A DNA stretch of 64,000 bases from Raillietiella orientalis (taxonomy: Eukaryota): the NCBI GenBank assembly GCA_036172245.1, contig JAYWIR010000080.1, forward strand, positions 186,001-250,000, written 5' to 3'. The notes beneath the pieces are model-generated. The model was not told the origin of the DNA and did no database searches. It was given only the letters and a program-made list of their open reading frames with translations. A program made the translations under genes and the position numbers. Shown here piece by piece: positions 26,501 through 40,643 of this stretch (within the stretch, counting starts at the first letter, position 1; every line of letters starts with the position of its first letter).

Positions 26501-29500
26501 ACTAGGCTTGTCGCGCCTTACAGGAGACGTCGTGCTTGCCTTCGGAGGACGCGTCAATCTGTAGGACTCCAGTGTGCCCGCAGGGGCCCCCAAAATCGTG
26601 CAGCCGTCTGCCCTAAGTAGCTACCTCTAGAATTCGTTTGAAGCCTCAGACGAACACTGAAGGCAACACACACCCTGAAGCAAAGTTCAATATGAGATAA
26701 ATTATTGTTTGCTTCTAAGGATGCTTGTCAAGACGGAAGCACAAAACTTCCACGATGAATGTGAAAGTGTAGATGAAGAGCAAAGGTACTACCGCCTGAC
26801 GACTAGCACCGACAACGTAAGGCGTTAAATAATGAACAAAGAAGCAGAGTTTTAAGTTTGTTGATAACAAGAACTATGAAGAAAAAAGGGGGAAAACATC
26901 TAATTTCGGAAGATTAGGATGAAAACACACAATCAACACAAGTCAACCAATCACAGGCGACATAAACGAAAGCACAGACGAAGCAAAGCAAAAAAAAATT
27001 CAATTTCTATATCGTGCTCGCTGCTTGCCGGGAAACAAACACATCGAGCAGCATCCGGAGTGGCCATAAAAAGGTACGACTACAGAGTGACGTACAGAGA
27101 CAATTAACAACTCCATTACTAACGATTTCAAGATTTGCTACCGAATTGCTAGATGCATACTAGTTGGAAAACATATACACTGATATTTGCGAATCCAAGT
27201 AGTACTTGGGTTGAATTTGGGTTGCTGAGATTCACATGTGTTCATTTCACACATTGTAGAAACAAGAAAACGAATAAATAAATTGATCCAACACAGAGTG
27301 TCTTGCATCTAGAATGTTGGATATATACTGATACATTACAGGCAAGTGCTTTCATTGCATTTCAAGGAGAACCCTTAAACACGACTTAACATGATGTGAT
27401 TAACAAACCAAAGGAAATTTAATGAGATCACGAAATTGCGATGCATTTTCCGGAAGTATGGGGAAAGCAACAACAAAAATGATGAATACGCTTTTCATCA
27501 ACAGCATAAAGTGTATAAAGGAAGAGTATTTGAAAAGTTAGTTTCATTTTTCTGATCCAGGGAGAAGCCAAGACCGATCTTTACATTTTCTGTTTGCAAA
27601 GATTTGCACCCCTGACGAATCATCAAGCATTGCCTGAATCATTTCCAAATTCCCAAAACAGTTTGTTTTAAAATTACAAAAAAATATCAAATTCCTGAAT
27701 CTATAAAAAGTTAGTAAACTACATAGAAGATTTGTTGTAGTCAGTGAATGAAAGTTCAGAATATTCGATCAAAAGATGCAGTTTAACCAAATGCATCATA
27801 GACGCGAATTCCGATCTTCTTTGGTTTAGGAAATATATTTTTTTTTTTTTTTTTTTTTGGGGGGGGGGGAGGAATTATGAAAAATATCTGCACAGCAATT
27901 TGCAGTAACAAAGCTACTAGTAATAATAAATCGGAAACAATACTGAACTTTGAATAGTTAAAGTAATTGATTGCCATCGTGAATGAAATTTGTTGAGTGA
28001 TACAATGAATGCTCAGACGAAATTTTAGTGTGAAAAACTCAAGAACAGGTTGTTAGCTTGATAAATGCAAAGTGTGTTACACAGACAAGTATGTAGCAGA
28101 CACTGCAAATTACTCAATATGAATCTGTTATCTTCAGAATACAGAATCATGCTATCAGTGAAATTTGAGCAAATTATTCCATCGAGAGGTGCATTTCAAC
28201 CATTAAAGTTGCAAATAATTTTAATGTTTGTTAATGCTCACCTTAATTAAAAGTACTGATTGCAGTTTTGAAAAATAAACGGTTACACGAACTGGCAGAG
28301 ACATTTGATTTCTATGATAATTAGTGAAGTACAAATACATCATGAATAAAAAAAAAAAATCAGATATCGGAGTGTATCATTTTTTGAGCAAACATGAAAT
28401 ATTATCATATCACATCACTGTAACGAGTTTCAAGAATCGGTAAGCAACCCTGTTATTCAAAATTTAAGATGTGCCAGAACAAAATTGTTTATGCAAAGTC
28501 CGTAAAAGGGACGTTTCAAATAAAGCAGCAGCAACATCTGCCTACTGAGTATTTTTGTTGAATTTTGAAAGCTTTACAGCTTTATTTGGACTTGTAATAG
28601 AGTTTAAACATCGTTTCCACAGTACACTGATTCGAAATGTAGGTCAGTATTCGAAAAACACGGAATTGGGAACACAACACAATTGAATGTAATGATAATT
28701 TACCTTTGGCATGCCTCTTCGTATAATGCCTTTTAATTCTTCTGAGAAACGCTATTCAGTAGTCAGTACATTGTCCAAACAACGAAATATCTTTAAACAA
28801 TTTGGGGTACAAGATAATTCTACGTAATTACATTTCACTCCTGTATTCAAGCAATTACATACGTTAAACTTTCGCCAGAGTAATGCATATTTGGTTCCTT
28901 CACCTCGGCTGTTTTTAATTTCAAGTTCACATTTAAGTGCAAGTTATCTTGGATCTGTCTTCGCACAACTAAATCAATAAATCGGGTGCAAAGATTTCCT
29001 CGCACAGGCGCGACTATAAAGTCAAACTTGCTTATTTCTTGTGGGGTACAGAAAAACAAATGCCCTAAGGTAGTTCCACTTGAAACAAGCAGTGTCGACA
29101 CCGAACCAAATTCATTCGTGAATTTCGAGTAGAAATGATTATCGTAAAATAGCTTTATCGTACGTTCCCAATGATCACTCTTGCGTATCCAATCTGGATA
29201 TCATATTGTAATATCGACTCTCCTGATTCAATATGAAATCTGCTGCCAACAGGCTAAAGAAACTGATTCGGATTCTTCCATTATTTCAGCGAACATAAAC
29301 GTCGACGATAATTCAGATAATACCCGGCATCGGACTTTTTAAGTAACAGACACATCGAATAATCACAATAAAGCTGAACCACATCATATCACATCATACA
29401 CCGGAAGTCTATAACGCCAGGCCCAAACCTCGTACAAACTTAATTGCCTAAGCAATACGGAATGCATAACCATTCCCTTCATTTGGTAGGTACACAATTT

Positions 29501-29702
29501 GCACCTGTGACTTTAAAATGACCGTCATTTACACCGAAATTCAGACTACTCCATCCTGGCCTACCCACAAGCATCCAGTATTTTCAAATAAACTATACTC
29601 TTACAATATTTTACGAAAATAATGTATTACAAATCAAAAACAGGTCGAATAAAAGAACATTTAAAAATAAAGCAATGGACTTCTGTTTCTTAGATTGCAT
29701 TA

Positions 29703-29708
29703 TTTATT
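29703..29708 (-). promoter_or_regulatory. Candidate polyadenylation signal (AATAAA) of the Smad gene
   Basis: tttatt on the plus strand, 15 nt downstream of the Smad stop codon. Confidence 0.5.
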
Positions 29709-29723
29709 GTCTTATACTGAATC

Positions 29724-31815
<2,092 letters not shown>

Positions 31816-34800
31816 TTACAGCTTCCCGGTAAATGTAAGAAAGCACTTCACTATTACTAAAATCTCAAAAGTTAATTCTTTTGGAAATGTTTGGAAAGGT
31901 ACCCTTGAGGTACTCACATCGGAAAAAAATACACACACACACATATACACAATACACGGAAATACGTTTACGAAAGCTACTTCCCCTATTTAATTTTTTT
32001 GTTTCTGGTCTTACGGTAAACCACCCGTACCAGAAAATCACGTGATGAAACGATACAACTTAAGAAATAGTACGCTTTTAACTCTTGCTTTGAAAGCGTG
32101 CTTCTATTCTGCCGTCTCAATTTCTGAATCCTAATTCTTTGCTACGATAATTAGCAGTGGAAACGAAGTAATGGATTCTTCACGGCTCCTACGACCATGT
32201 TCCAGCCAAATAATGTTTTCTGAAGGTCTCTGGACATGATTCTGGATGCTGACCGTGTATCTTCGCCATGAACTCGAACGGGCCCGAAGCGAGATTTTCC
32301 TGTGTGAGCTGCTCACCCCACGAATAATTGATACGTTTGAGATTCACATGGCGATGGGAAGGCGGCTGCATGAATTTCCGAATTTCACGATCAAATAACT
32401 GTGACTTGCACGTGCATGCGTAATTCGCCGAAGCGTTTATTGCAGTTTCACCCCCCACCCCCCACCCCCACCCCCACCCCAACCCCCCCTGCCTGGACGT
32501 GTTGATGGAAGAGAACAAATGCAAAGGAATGCCTCAGATGAGTCGAAAGCAGCTCTTTTATTGATTCATGGAAACAACTCGCGGGAAGTGAAACGCAAAA
32601 GTCCACGTCTTTCGTTATCGGTGTGAATGTTATTGAGCTGGTTGATCTTACTTAGCATTCAATGCCCCCCCCCTCCCCACCCCACCCCAAAAACAAAGAC
32701 AAAAAAAATGGATTTTGAAAACACCATTTGTTTTGCATTGTGCCTCTTGCTCTCCTAATCAGATGCACTTTGCCTCGTTGGCTAGGATGAGCAAATAATG
32801 CGGAGCTTGTCTTGAGCTTTTCCAAATGTCGGAGAAATCACCACGGACGGTAGCCATGGAGACAGAGTTTCCTCACAGATTCGTAACGTGCAGCCCTATA
32901 TGGTCGGCAGTATGAACAACGGATCTGAAGTTTATTTAGAAAATCAGAGAAATTTCCGCATGACATTTAGGAGACTCACGTGAAGATGTCCAACTGATTG
33001 AAAAGGAGGGCATCTTTTAATCGAAGGGGATGCCTAATTCATAGTTGCATCGCAACTGTGAACAAGATGAAATATTGAGGATGTTCTTGCGGCAAATGAA
33101 TGCAGTGGATGATCAGTCACCAACATCCATAAGATGTAGATGAATTTGCAAAGTAACGGGCAATGTCAACAAACTTGGTCGTTTTGTTTAGCATTGGATT
33201 GATACTCGTCAGGGTAATCTTCATGTATCTTTGTACTGTATTAAGAAGCTCGAATTTGAAATCGTGTAATTCAGTAAGGTTGCGATTGTATACATGTACA
33301 CATGTATGTTTTCCGTATTCGTTAATAATTATTTCTAAGTTTTTTTTTCCGAAAATGAGTGTGACAATATTCTACCGAGGTTTTTAAGTTCTTTTACTCC
33401 TTAAAAAACAGGATACTTCTCGTAAAAAAAAAAAAATCTTTCATAAAAAACCCTAGCAAGACAGCTTATATCTAGTGATCGACTTCTTATCAGAAAAAAA
33501 AAAAAAACCAAGGAGAAGCTATCTTTCGAGAAGTACCATTAAAGCATCCTTCTTCGAGTTCAGAGTTTACTTCCGGAGGGAGCAAGCTGATGATCAAAGA
33601 AATAGAAATAAAAATGATGAAGGAAGGATGATGAAGTACTTTAAGAATGTTAAAAATACACATGAAAATAGCTTTAACGCTATTCTTTAGGAACAGAAAG
33701 AGACATTTCAATTCATATCCGAAAAACCTTGGCAATAATGAAATTATTAAACTTCTGGAGCAAGTAAACATTTGGCTCTTATGCAGCGTTTCTCCAGGAA
33801 TCTTTCATGAGCTTTCCAATGTACAATGCAAATTACACTATTTACAAGATTTTCATGTCTTTACATTAGCTGGACAAGAACCTTTTGTAAAAATTTCTTC
33901 GTACCCCATTTGCAAGCATTTTGCCTTTCATAATGAAGACCACGGAATAAAGTGTAAACTTGTTGATAACATCGGATGTTGTCGGAAGAAGCGCCAGGAT
34001 GGCTTTGGACAAATTCCTTATGGACCGAAGAAATAACATAATAAACTTTGAGACCAGAACCTTCAGGCTGTTCGGTGTATCTATTTGTCCAGTAAGAATG
34101 ACGTATCCTCTTGAGGATCAGTGAAAATTTTGTGACTGATATGCTAAGAGTTCCGTTTATTGCACATCACTGATTTGTTCATGAAAATTAGTGTCAGATA
34201 TGAATCATTCCTGTAGTTTCCTCATAAATATTGCACAACAGACGATCCCAAAATGATGAGTTCAAAACAATTTAATAATAGCCACAGAATTTATAAGGAC
34301 AAGTACAAAATCGTTTTAGGGAACTTATACAACCCACAATTCAAAACTTACACTACACAATTCACTGCTCCATTTTTAGAAAATCGTTATTTCAAATTTC
34401 AACGGTAGATTGAGAATGAGGAAGGAGTTTATTACATATTTGATAGCACATATTGTTAGAGAATTTACAGTTTTGTCCTGATTAATGACTTACAGCCAAC
34501 TTCTAATATGAGCATGGAGATTGATTAGTAGTTCTTCGCTTAGAAGAAAGGAATACATCTATGAAAACTGATATTTGGATCACACGAAGAAAATCTCGAG
34601 ACTTGTTTAGTGTTATTGCTGCATTCATATGCACCAATATTTGACATTGTATTCTGTTCTGTAGTTCAAGTAACCTTGCACCTCTCGAATTCATTTGAAC
34701 AGTATACCCAAATGAATACAACATGAAGAAAATGCATGAAATGAGAAAGCAATGCATTGGTTTGGGAATAATCAGTGGAGAAATAAAAAGAATGATGAAA

Positions 34801-35661
34801 AAGAGCTAAATAAATGCACATAGTAAAGAACTAGATAAATGCACAACGTGTACACATTGAATCTGAAAGATAAAGACTGTTATGTAAAGGATAGAGAATC
34901 AGTGGAATGAAAAGAAAATAAGAAACACTGTTGAAATCCAGTCATAATAACTTGTTAAAATTAATACAATTTCAGATTTTTAGAGTGGATGCTAAGGATC
35001 GATTTCTGTAGATCCCATTGGTACTTCATACACCCAATCAGACATAAATCATTAACAACTGAGTAGTTAATTTGCTTGTATATCAGTACTGGATAAGAAC
35101 TAAGAAATGCTAAGCATTTGGAAATACTTAAGTGGCCATTGGAGAAAGTATACTTTCCATTCTTCTTTAACGGATTAAAGCTTCAATAGTCTGCGATACT
35201 TGTGAATCAACAGAAATTCGACGTGTACCCATTTGATTTCATCTTTTACAGTATATGGATCCAATTACATGAAAAAAGAAAATTTTCATTTAGATTTTCC
35301 ATTGAATTTGGAAAAGAAATAGGTTTTCTCCTTTCTGCATCCCAGAAACGGAAACCGGAATAATTAATTTTATCTGAAAATTGAGATAGCACTTCAAGGA
35401 AAAATAGGATCGTCAGCTGGACAATTCAGTTTTACTGCTCCATTTTACATAAGGAAATTGAAACCGTTTTGCAGTGTTCATTAATATTATTCAGTTTCCC
35501 TAAAGTTGCATAATTTACTTTTTTATCATCCAAACTTTTTTCTGAAGTTCTGCAATCTTAATCGGTGTCTTTTCGGCTTGGTCTGCTTGCTAATGTGTGT
35601 CTAGGAGTTGGTATATATGTTTATATATATATATATATTCGTTAATAATATTAATAATATT

Positions 35662-35695
35662 CGTACATATATATATATATATATATATATGTACG
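35662..35695. repeat. Perfect 34-bp palindrome CGTAC(AT)12GTACG within an AT-microsatellite cluster
   Basis: Read directly from the sequence. Confidence 0.9.
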
Positions 35696-36881
35696 TTTAT
35701 TTTACACAATTACCTGATCACAGGGGTCGTCGCAAACGACGATGAACGTACAATTTAATTGTGTCTTATAATAAATTTAAATAGCAGCAAACCTCAACTG
35801 TCAGGCGGAACGCTTTACGTACCCATAGTTCTTTTTGTAGTGCAGCTAAATAAATCAGTGGATGATTACCATCAGTCGGCCGTCAGTATAATCAAGCTAC
35901 CCTTTACTAAGCATTTAAAGATCTTTGAAGTCTCTCTCATTTTGCTGCTTCAGTTTTGATACTTATGTAGTAAAAATCATTCATACTCGTGTAGGGACGT
36001 CGCACCAAACCAACTTTACTGTCGTATGATCAGAAAGCAGTGTGATCTCTCTCGATTTCCGAAGGTGGTCGTAGCTTTTGCAGAGAGAGGATTTGGGACT
36101 GTGGTTTTATTGTGCTTTGAGGAATACATCTGCAGAATTCCTTCTACTCATAATATTGGTCGAAGGCACCGCAGTCATAAGCGACATATTCAGAAACATC
36201 GTGCCATAAGTTTCGTTAAGAAGACCGCAGAAAGGTGATGCACTCGACCTAGACGTAGCACACTGTACGTGCCTAAAATGGAACAGGACAAAACAAACTG
36301 AAACAGGGAGAGGATCGACATTGAGAAAATATCCCCATCATAGGAAATTGGTTAAGGTACATCGCACCGCTGTTCATCATTTATTAATGGGTCATAACTC
36401 TCTGCTTGAGAAAAACATTTTTATTTATTGCATTTGCATTTCCAGAAGCACTTTTGATACATGGAACATGGCTTTATTTGATACTCACACGCAGAAATTT
36501 CGCCTCGACTTACCTTATATTACTATAGTCTTCGAAACTTTTACATACAGTTTTCATAAATATTTTGCAATAAACAATGGTACAATTCGTTCCCCGAATC
36601 TGATTGTATTTTAGCATTAGAAATTCTAATGTTCGGTGCATGTGGAATTACGTGAATGGCCCAGTTCATTGTATATTGGGTCTACATTGATGAAAAATGT
36701 TGGAAAAGAGTGTATTTTGAAATTCATGTGTGATCATGCAACATTTTTTTACAAGTTTGCTACAATTGCTACCAACGTTTTTCAGAGAACCTCTTTGAAT
36801 TCATGTCATTAAACAGTGCTGTAGAAAGTTGGTGTATCTTGTCTTTACAGATGTACTGAACAAGTTGAATTCTTTGAAATT

Positions 36882-38365
36882 ATGCTCACAAACTACATTA
36901 CATTTTTGGAGGGAGTTGCAAATCATGGCCGCAGGGCACACCTTCAGTGTTTGAAAATAAGCACTTCAGCAAAGAATTATGATGAATTGAAAATAAAAAA
37001 GATTCCCAAACTTTCTGCCCTTAAACGAGGTACTGGGGGCAGAAGTAGCTTCAATGGAATTGTGTGCACAATATTTGGAGCCACGGGGTTTTTAGGACCT
37101 ATTCTTGTGAATGCACTGGGAAAAATAGGAACCCAGGTACTAAATTATTTCATTATGGTATTGTTATATTATCTGGAGTAGCTCATCATACCACATCGTA
37201 AAGATAGTTATTTAGTGAGAGGTTTGAAATTGTGTGGTGACCTGGGTCAAATTATATTTCATCCTTTCGACTTGAGGGATGAGAGCAGTATTCGGTATGT
37301 TGGATTGATGGATAACTATTCATTGTTGATAGAAAAGTGATGCAGTACTCCAATGTTGTAATTAATCTTATTGGCCGGGACTGGGAAACCAAAAACTTCA
37401 CTTTTAATGATGTACATAACATAGCTCCTGCCCGAATTGCAAAGTTAGCCTATGATATGGGAGTGCAGAGATTCATACATGTTTCTTCAATTAATGCAAA
37501 TGAGCATCCAGAGGTAACACTAGCTCTTCTTAATGTATACTACTTTTAGCATTTAGCCCCATTTGTTAGCATCTGGATCACGTTTTTTATCATCTAAATG
37601 GCATGGAGAACAAGGTGTTTTATATAATTTTCCAAATGCTACTATTATTAGACCAGCTGACATGTATGGTGAAACTGATCGGTTTGTTCAGTAAGATGGG
37701 ACCATTGTTAGTTGTCATATGATCATGCTTATTAGCTACTTGTCATCTGCATTGAGACGTGGTGGAATAGGTTATGCACCCCATATTCCATTATGGAAAA
37801 AAGGTGAAGGCATTAGTAAGATGCCAATTTTTGTGGGTGATGTAGCAAGAGGTATAGTAGCTGCTATCTGGGATAGCCGTGCTTTAGGCACAATCTATGA
37901 AGCTGTAGGGTATATATACTGATATGAGCAAATTAACATGCACAGTGAATTTCATTTATTCTTAGGCCTAAACGGTATGCATTTGTGGATTTGATTCTTT
38001 GGATGTATCAAGTGATGCGATGGTCTGATGCAAAAGTGACTAACATTGCTTATGATCCCATCTTTTGGCTGAAAACCACTTTGTTGGAGAATCTCACTTT
38101 GACAAGTGCACACAGTAATACTAATTGGGAACACTTGGAACGGGTTCGTACAAATAATTCTCAATCAAGATACTATTGTGTTCTTCAGGATAGCCACTCA
38201 GATACACTAACTGGATGCCCAACACTTGAAGACTTAGGTGTTAACCTGTCTGAGCCTGAGGTTCTTATTCCATATTACCTAAGGCCATTTGTACGTGACA
38301 GGTATTATGCAGTCAAGCCAGAGGATGTATCTACTACTTTTCCTCTTCGAAGCCTTAACAGATAA
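36882..38365 (+). CDS. NDUFA9: NADH:ubiquinone oxidoreductase 39-kDa subunit (NDUFA9); exons ~36882-37136, 37182-37294, 37333-37513, 37557-37690, 37736-37909, 37966-38143, 38189-38365
   Basis: Signature [26 protein letters not shown] (Rossmann fold), [65 protein letters not shown]. Six GT-AG introns of 38-56 nt restore a continuous frame. The start codon and a possible upstream exon are uncertain. Confidence 0.95.
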
Positions 38366-38414
38366 TCAATGAAATAATTAAAGATACATATAAGTAGCAT
38401 AATGGTTGGTCATT

Positions 38415-40643
38415 TCACTGGGACCCAGGCATGTTTTCTTGAAGTTCGAGAACATGCTGAGCGGGATGGACTTTCCCATCTGGCCCAACTTTGGCCGGTC
38501 GAATCATGCCTTCTCTACAATGGGAAGATAAATGGACTATGTAGTGTTAGTCTACCTGCACAGTTTGTTCATTAAGTTAACAAGTTGCATGGCTTCATAT
38601 TCCTTCTGTTCATCTGTCATGTTAGAAGTGGCTTTTGAATTGTCATCACAGCAACCAATTACAGGATTTATTCTGCAATATAGATATGTCATGTTAAGGT
38701 GATCAAAATCTGTATACCAGCTCATGGTTACAGAGTGAAAACACTTTAGATTATTTTCGAGATGCCAAAATCTGTTACAGATTGACTGTTCAGAGGAACG
38801 CATCTCAATTGTATTACATATAAAATACAATACTTCTTTATACCTGGGCAAAGCAGCAGTATATTCTTCTGTATCACTGCTGCTGCTATCAGAGTTGTCT
38901 GAGTGTGCAGTCTGCCATCCCAATAAGAGACCTTTGTTGCAAAGGATTCCTGCAGCATTTCCATAACCTATGTACTTGACAAGTCGACCCACTGCAAAAC
39001 ATAATATTTCTTTTGTATAATTCCCAAATGTCACCTTTTTTTCTGCACAGTATAAACAGAAATTCTGCAGCAAGATAGCTAGCAGGATGCCAGTTACTGG
39101 TTACCAACCGGCATATTTTATTGCGTAGAGTAGTACCCACTTCTGGTCTTGTTTCTACCTCTCTAAGAGGAGGAAGCACCTCTAGCTTCAGGGATTTACA
39201 AACCAAAGTATTTTCAAGTGCAGCTCGAGTAAACACATGGAAAAGGGGACATAGTTTGTCTGCAGATACACTGCTGGCATTCTCTTCATGAAGTGACAGC
39301 ATTTGGTCTAAAAACTTGACTAGCACCTTCAAAGCATTTGTACTTCCATCTGGTGATTGGGACAGTAGCAGCTCACTCAAACATGAACTTGGCAGGTTCG
39401 TCAGATTGTTTACCACATGACTAGATAAGGATGATTACACAGTAAATAAAAATCTCAAATTACTTTAAAAGATCATGACTATTCTGTACTTGGCAAAACA
39501 CCAAATTTGTCATAATGGTGATCATCTGAGGGCCATAACTTAAGTTGGTAGCATCCACACCTAGAGAGACATTGTACAATGCTTGCAGTATATCACAGCA
39601 AAGTGGTAGCTGATGGTCTTCTGGCATGGATGTTGACCATATAGAAATATCTTGCAAAACCTGGAGAAGCATTTGAATTCCATCCATAGTTTGGAATTGT
39701 TGTCTAAAATGGGCATTTATGAAATCTAAATTAGCAGTACATTTATACCTGATGGAAGGGCAAAAGCTAGTGATCAGAAATAAGATCTTCATATTAAAAC
39801 TAAAAATACAACCATAGTTTTCATGTTTGAGTGAACTCTGCAAATGTCTTATAATTCCCTGCAAAATTATTTGCATTGCTGGAGAATCTTCGGAAGGTTT
39901 TTTACATAAGAGAAGATTAGAAAGACATTTCTGAGATGCTGCTACAACATCTAGACAAGAAACAACAGCTACAAACATGCCAAACAATTTTCAAAATAAA
40001 TATTATTGAGTAAGATCAATGACCAATGACATAATTAACAGACCTTACCATCATGTTCAATTCCATTGAGTATTGAGTCATTTTTCAAATATGTAACTGA
40101 AGCAACTACTTCCAAAAGATCATCACTAATAAGTTCATCTAAATCTCTTGGATCCCGACTTTTGAGAAAAATTCAAATTACACAAATGCTGTTTTCACTT
40201 GTATTACCTTAATATTTTCAAAGATGTTACACATAGCTCTATAATGCTGCAATCATCTGAAATTTTCAAAAGACTGGAAAGCAAGTTCCAAATCTCAATT
40301 TTTGTATGGTCTTCCAAATGTGGAAAGGAAAAAATCTCATTATGCTGAAAAAGGTACTTTGAAACAGAACATCAATAATTAAAATCGCTGAATCTGAAAC
40401 AATCTGCATTTTATGCAATGAAAAACGTCCACTACGAAACAGTTTTAAAATATGTTACTTGAAACTATAGTGAAATAAGTACTTTGGATGCATCCACAAA
40501 TCAAATTTAAACTATTAAAAATGTTTCTGACTTGATATGAAACAAACCTTCGTAACAAAATCTTCTAGCTGGATATATATTAGGCTTCGATCTTTCGTCA
40601 GAAGAATCTTTTTCAATTGATCATAGTAGTCGGCATTCATCAT
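38415..40643 (-). CDS. RIC8: Ric-8 (synembryn) G-alpha GEF/chaperone, 511 aa; exons 40643-40548, 40344-40208, 40158-40049, 39950-39749, 39703-39464, 39420-39035, 38991-38844, 38672-38556, 38514-38415
   Basis: Motifs LKILSRD, KCLSNL, HVVNNLTNLP, VLPPLREVETRPEVGTTLRNKICRL, AAEFLFILC, RLVKYIGYGNAAGIL, acidic SDTEEY, INPVIG, MTDEQKEYEAMQLVNLMNKL, HVLELQ. All introns are GT-AG and the spliced length of 1536 nt is in frame. Confidence 0.95.

Noticed and set aside
33780..33960. Minus-strand KGSCPANVKT*KSCK*CN resembling a Gypsy gag double zinc knuckle
   Set aside because: Very short and stop-interrupted, with no pol or LTR nearby.
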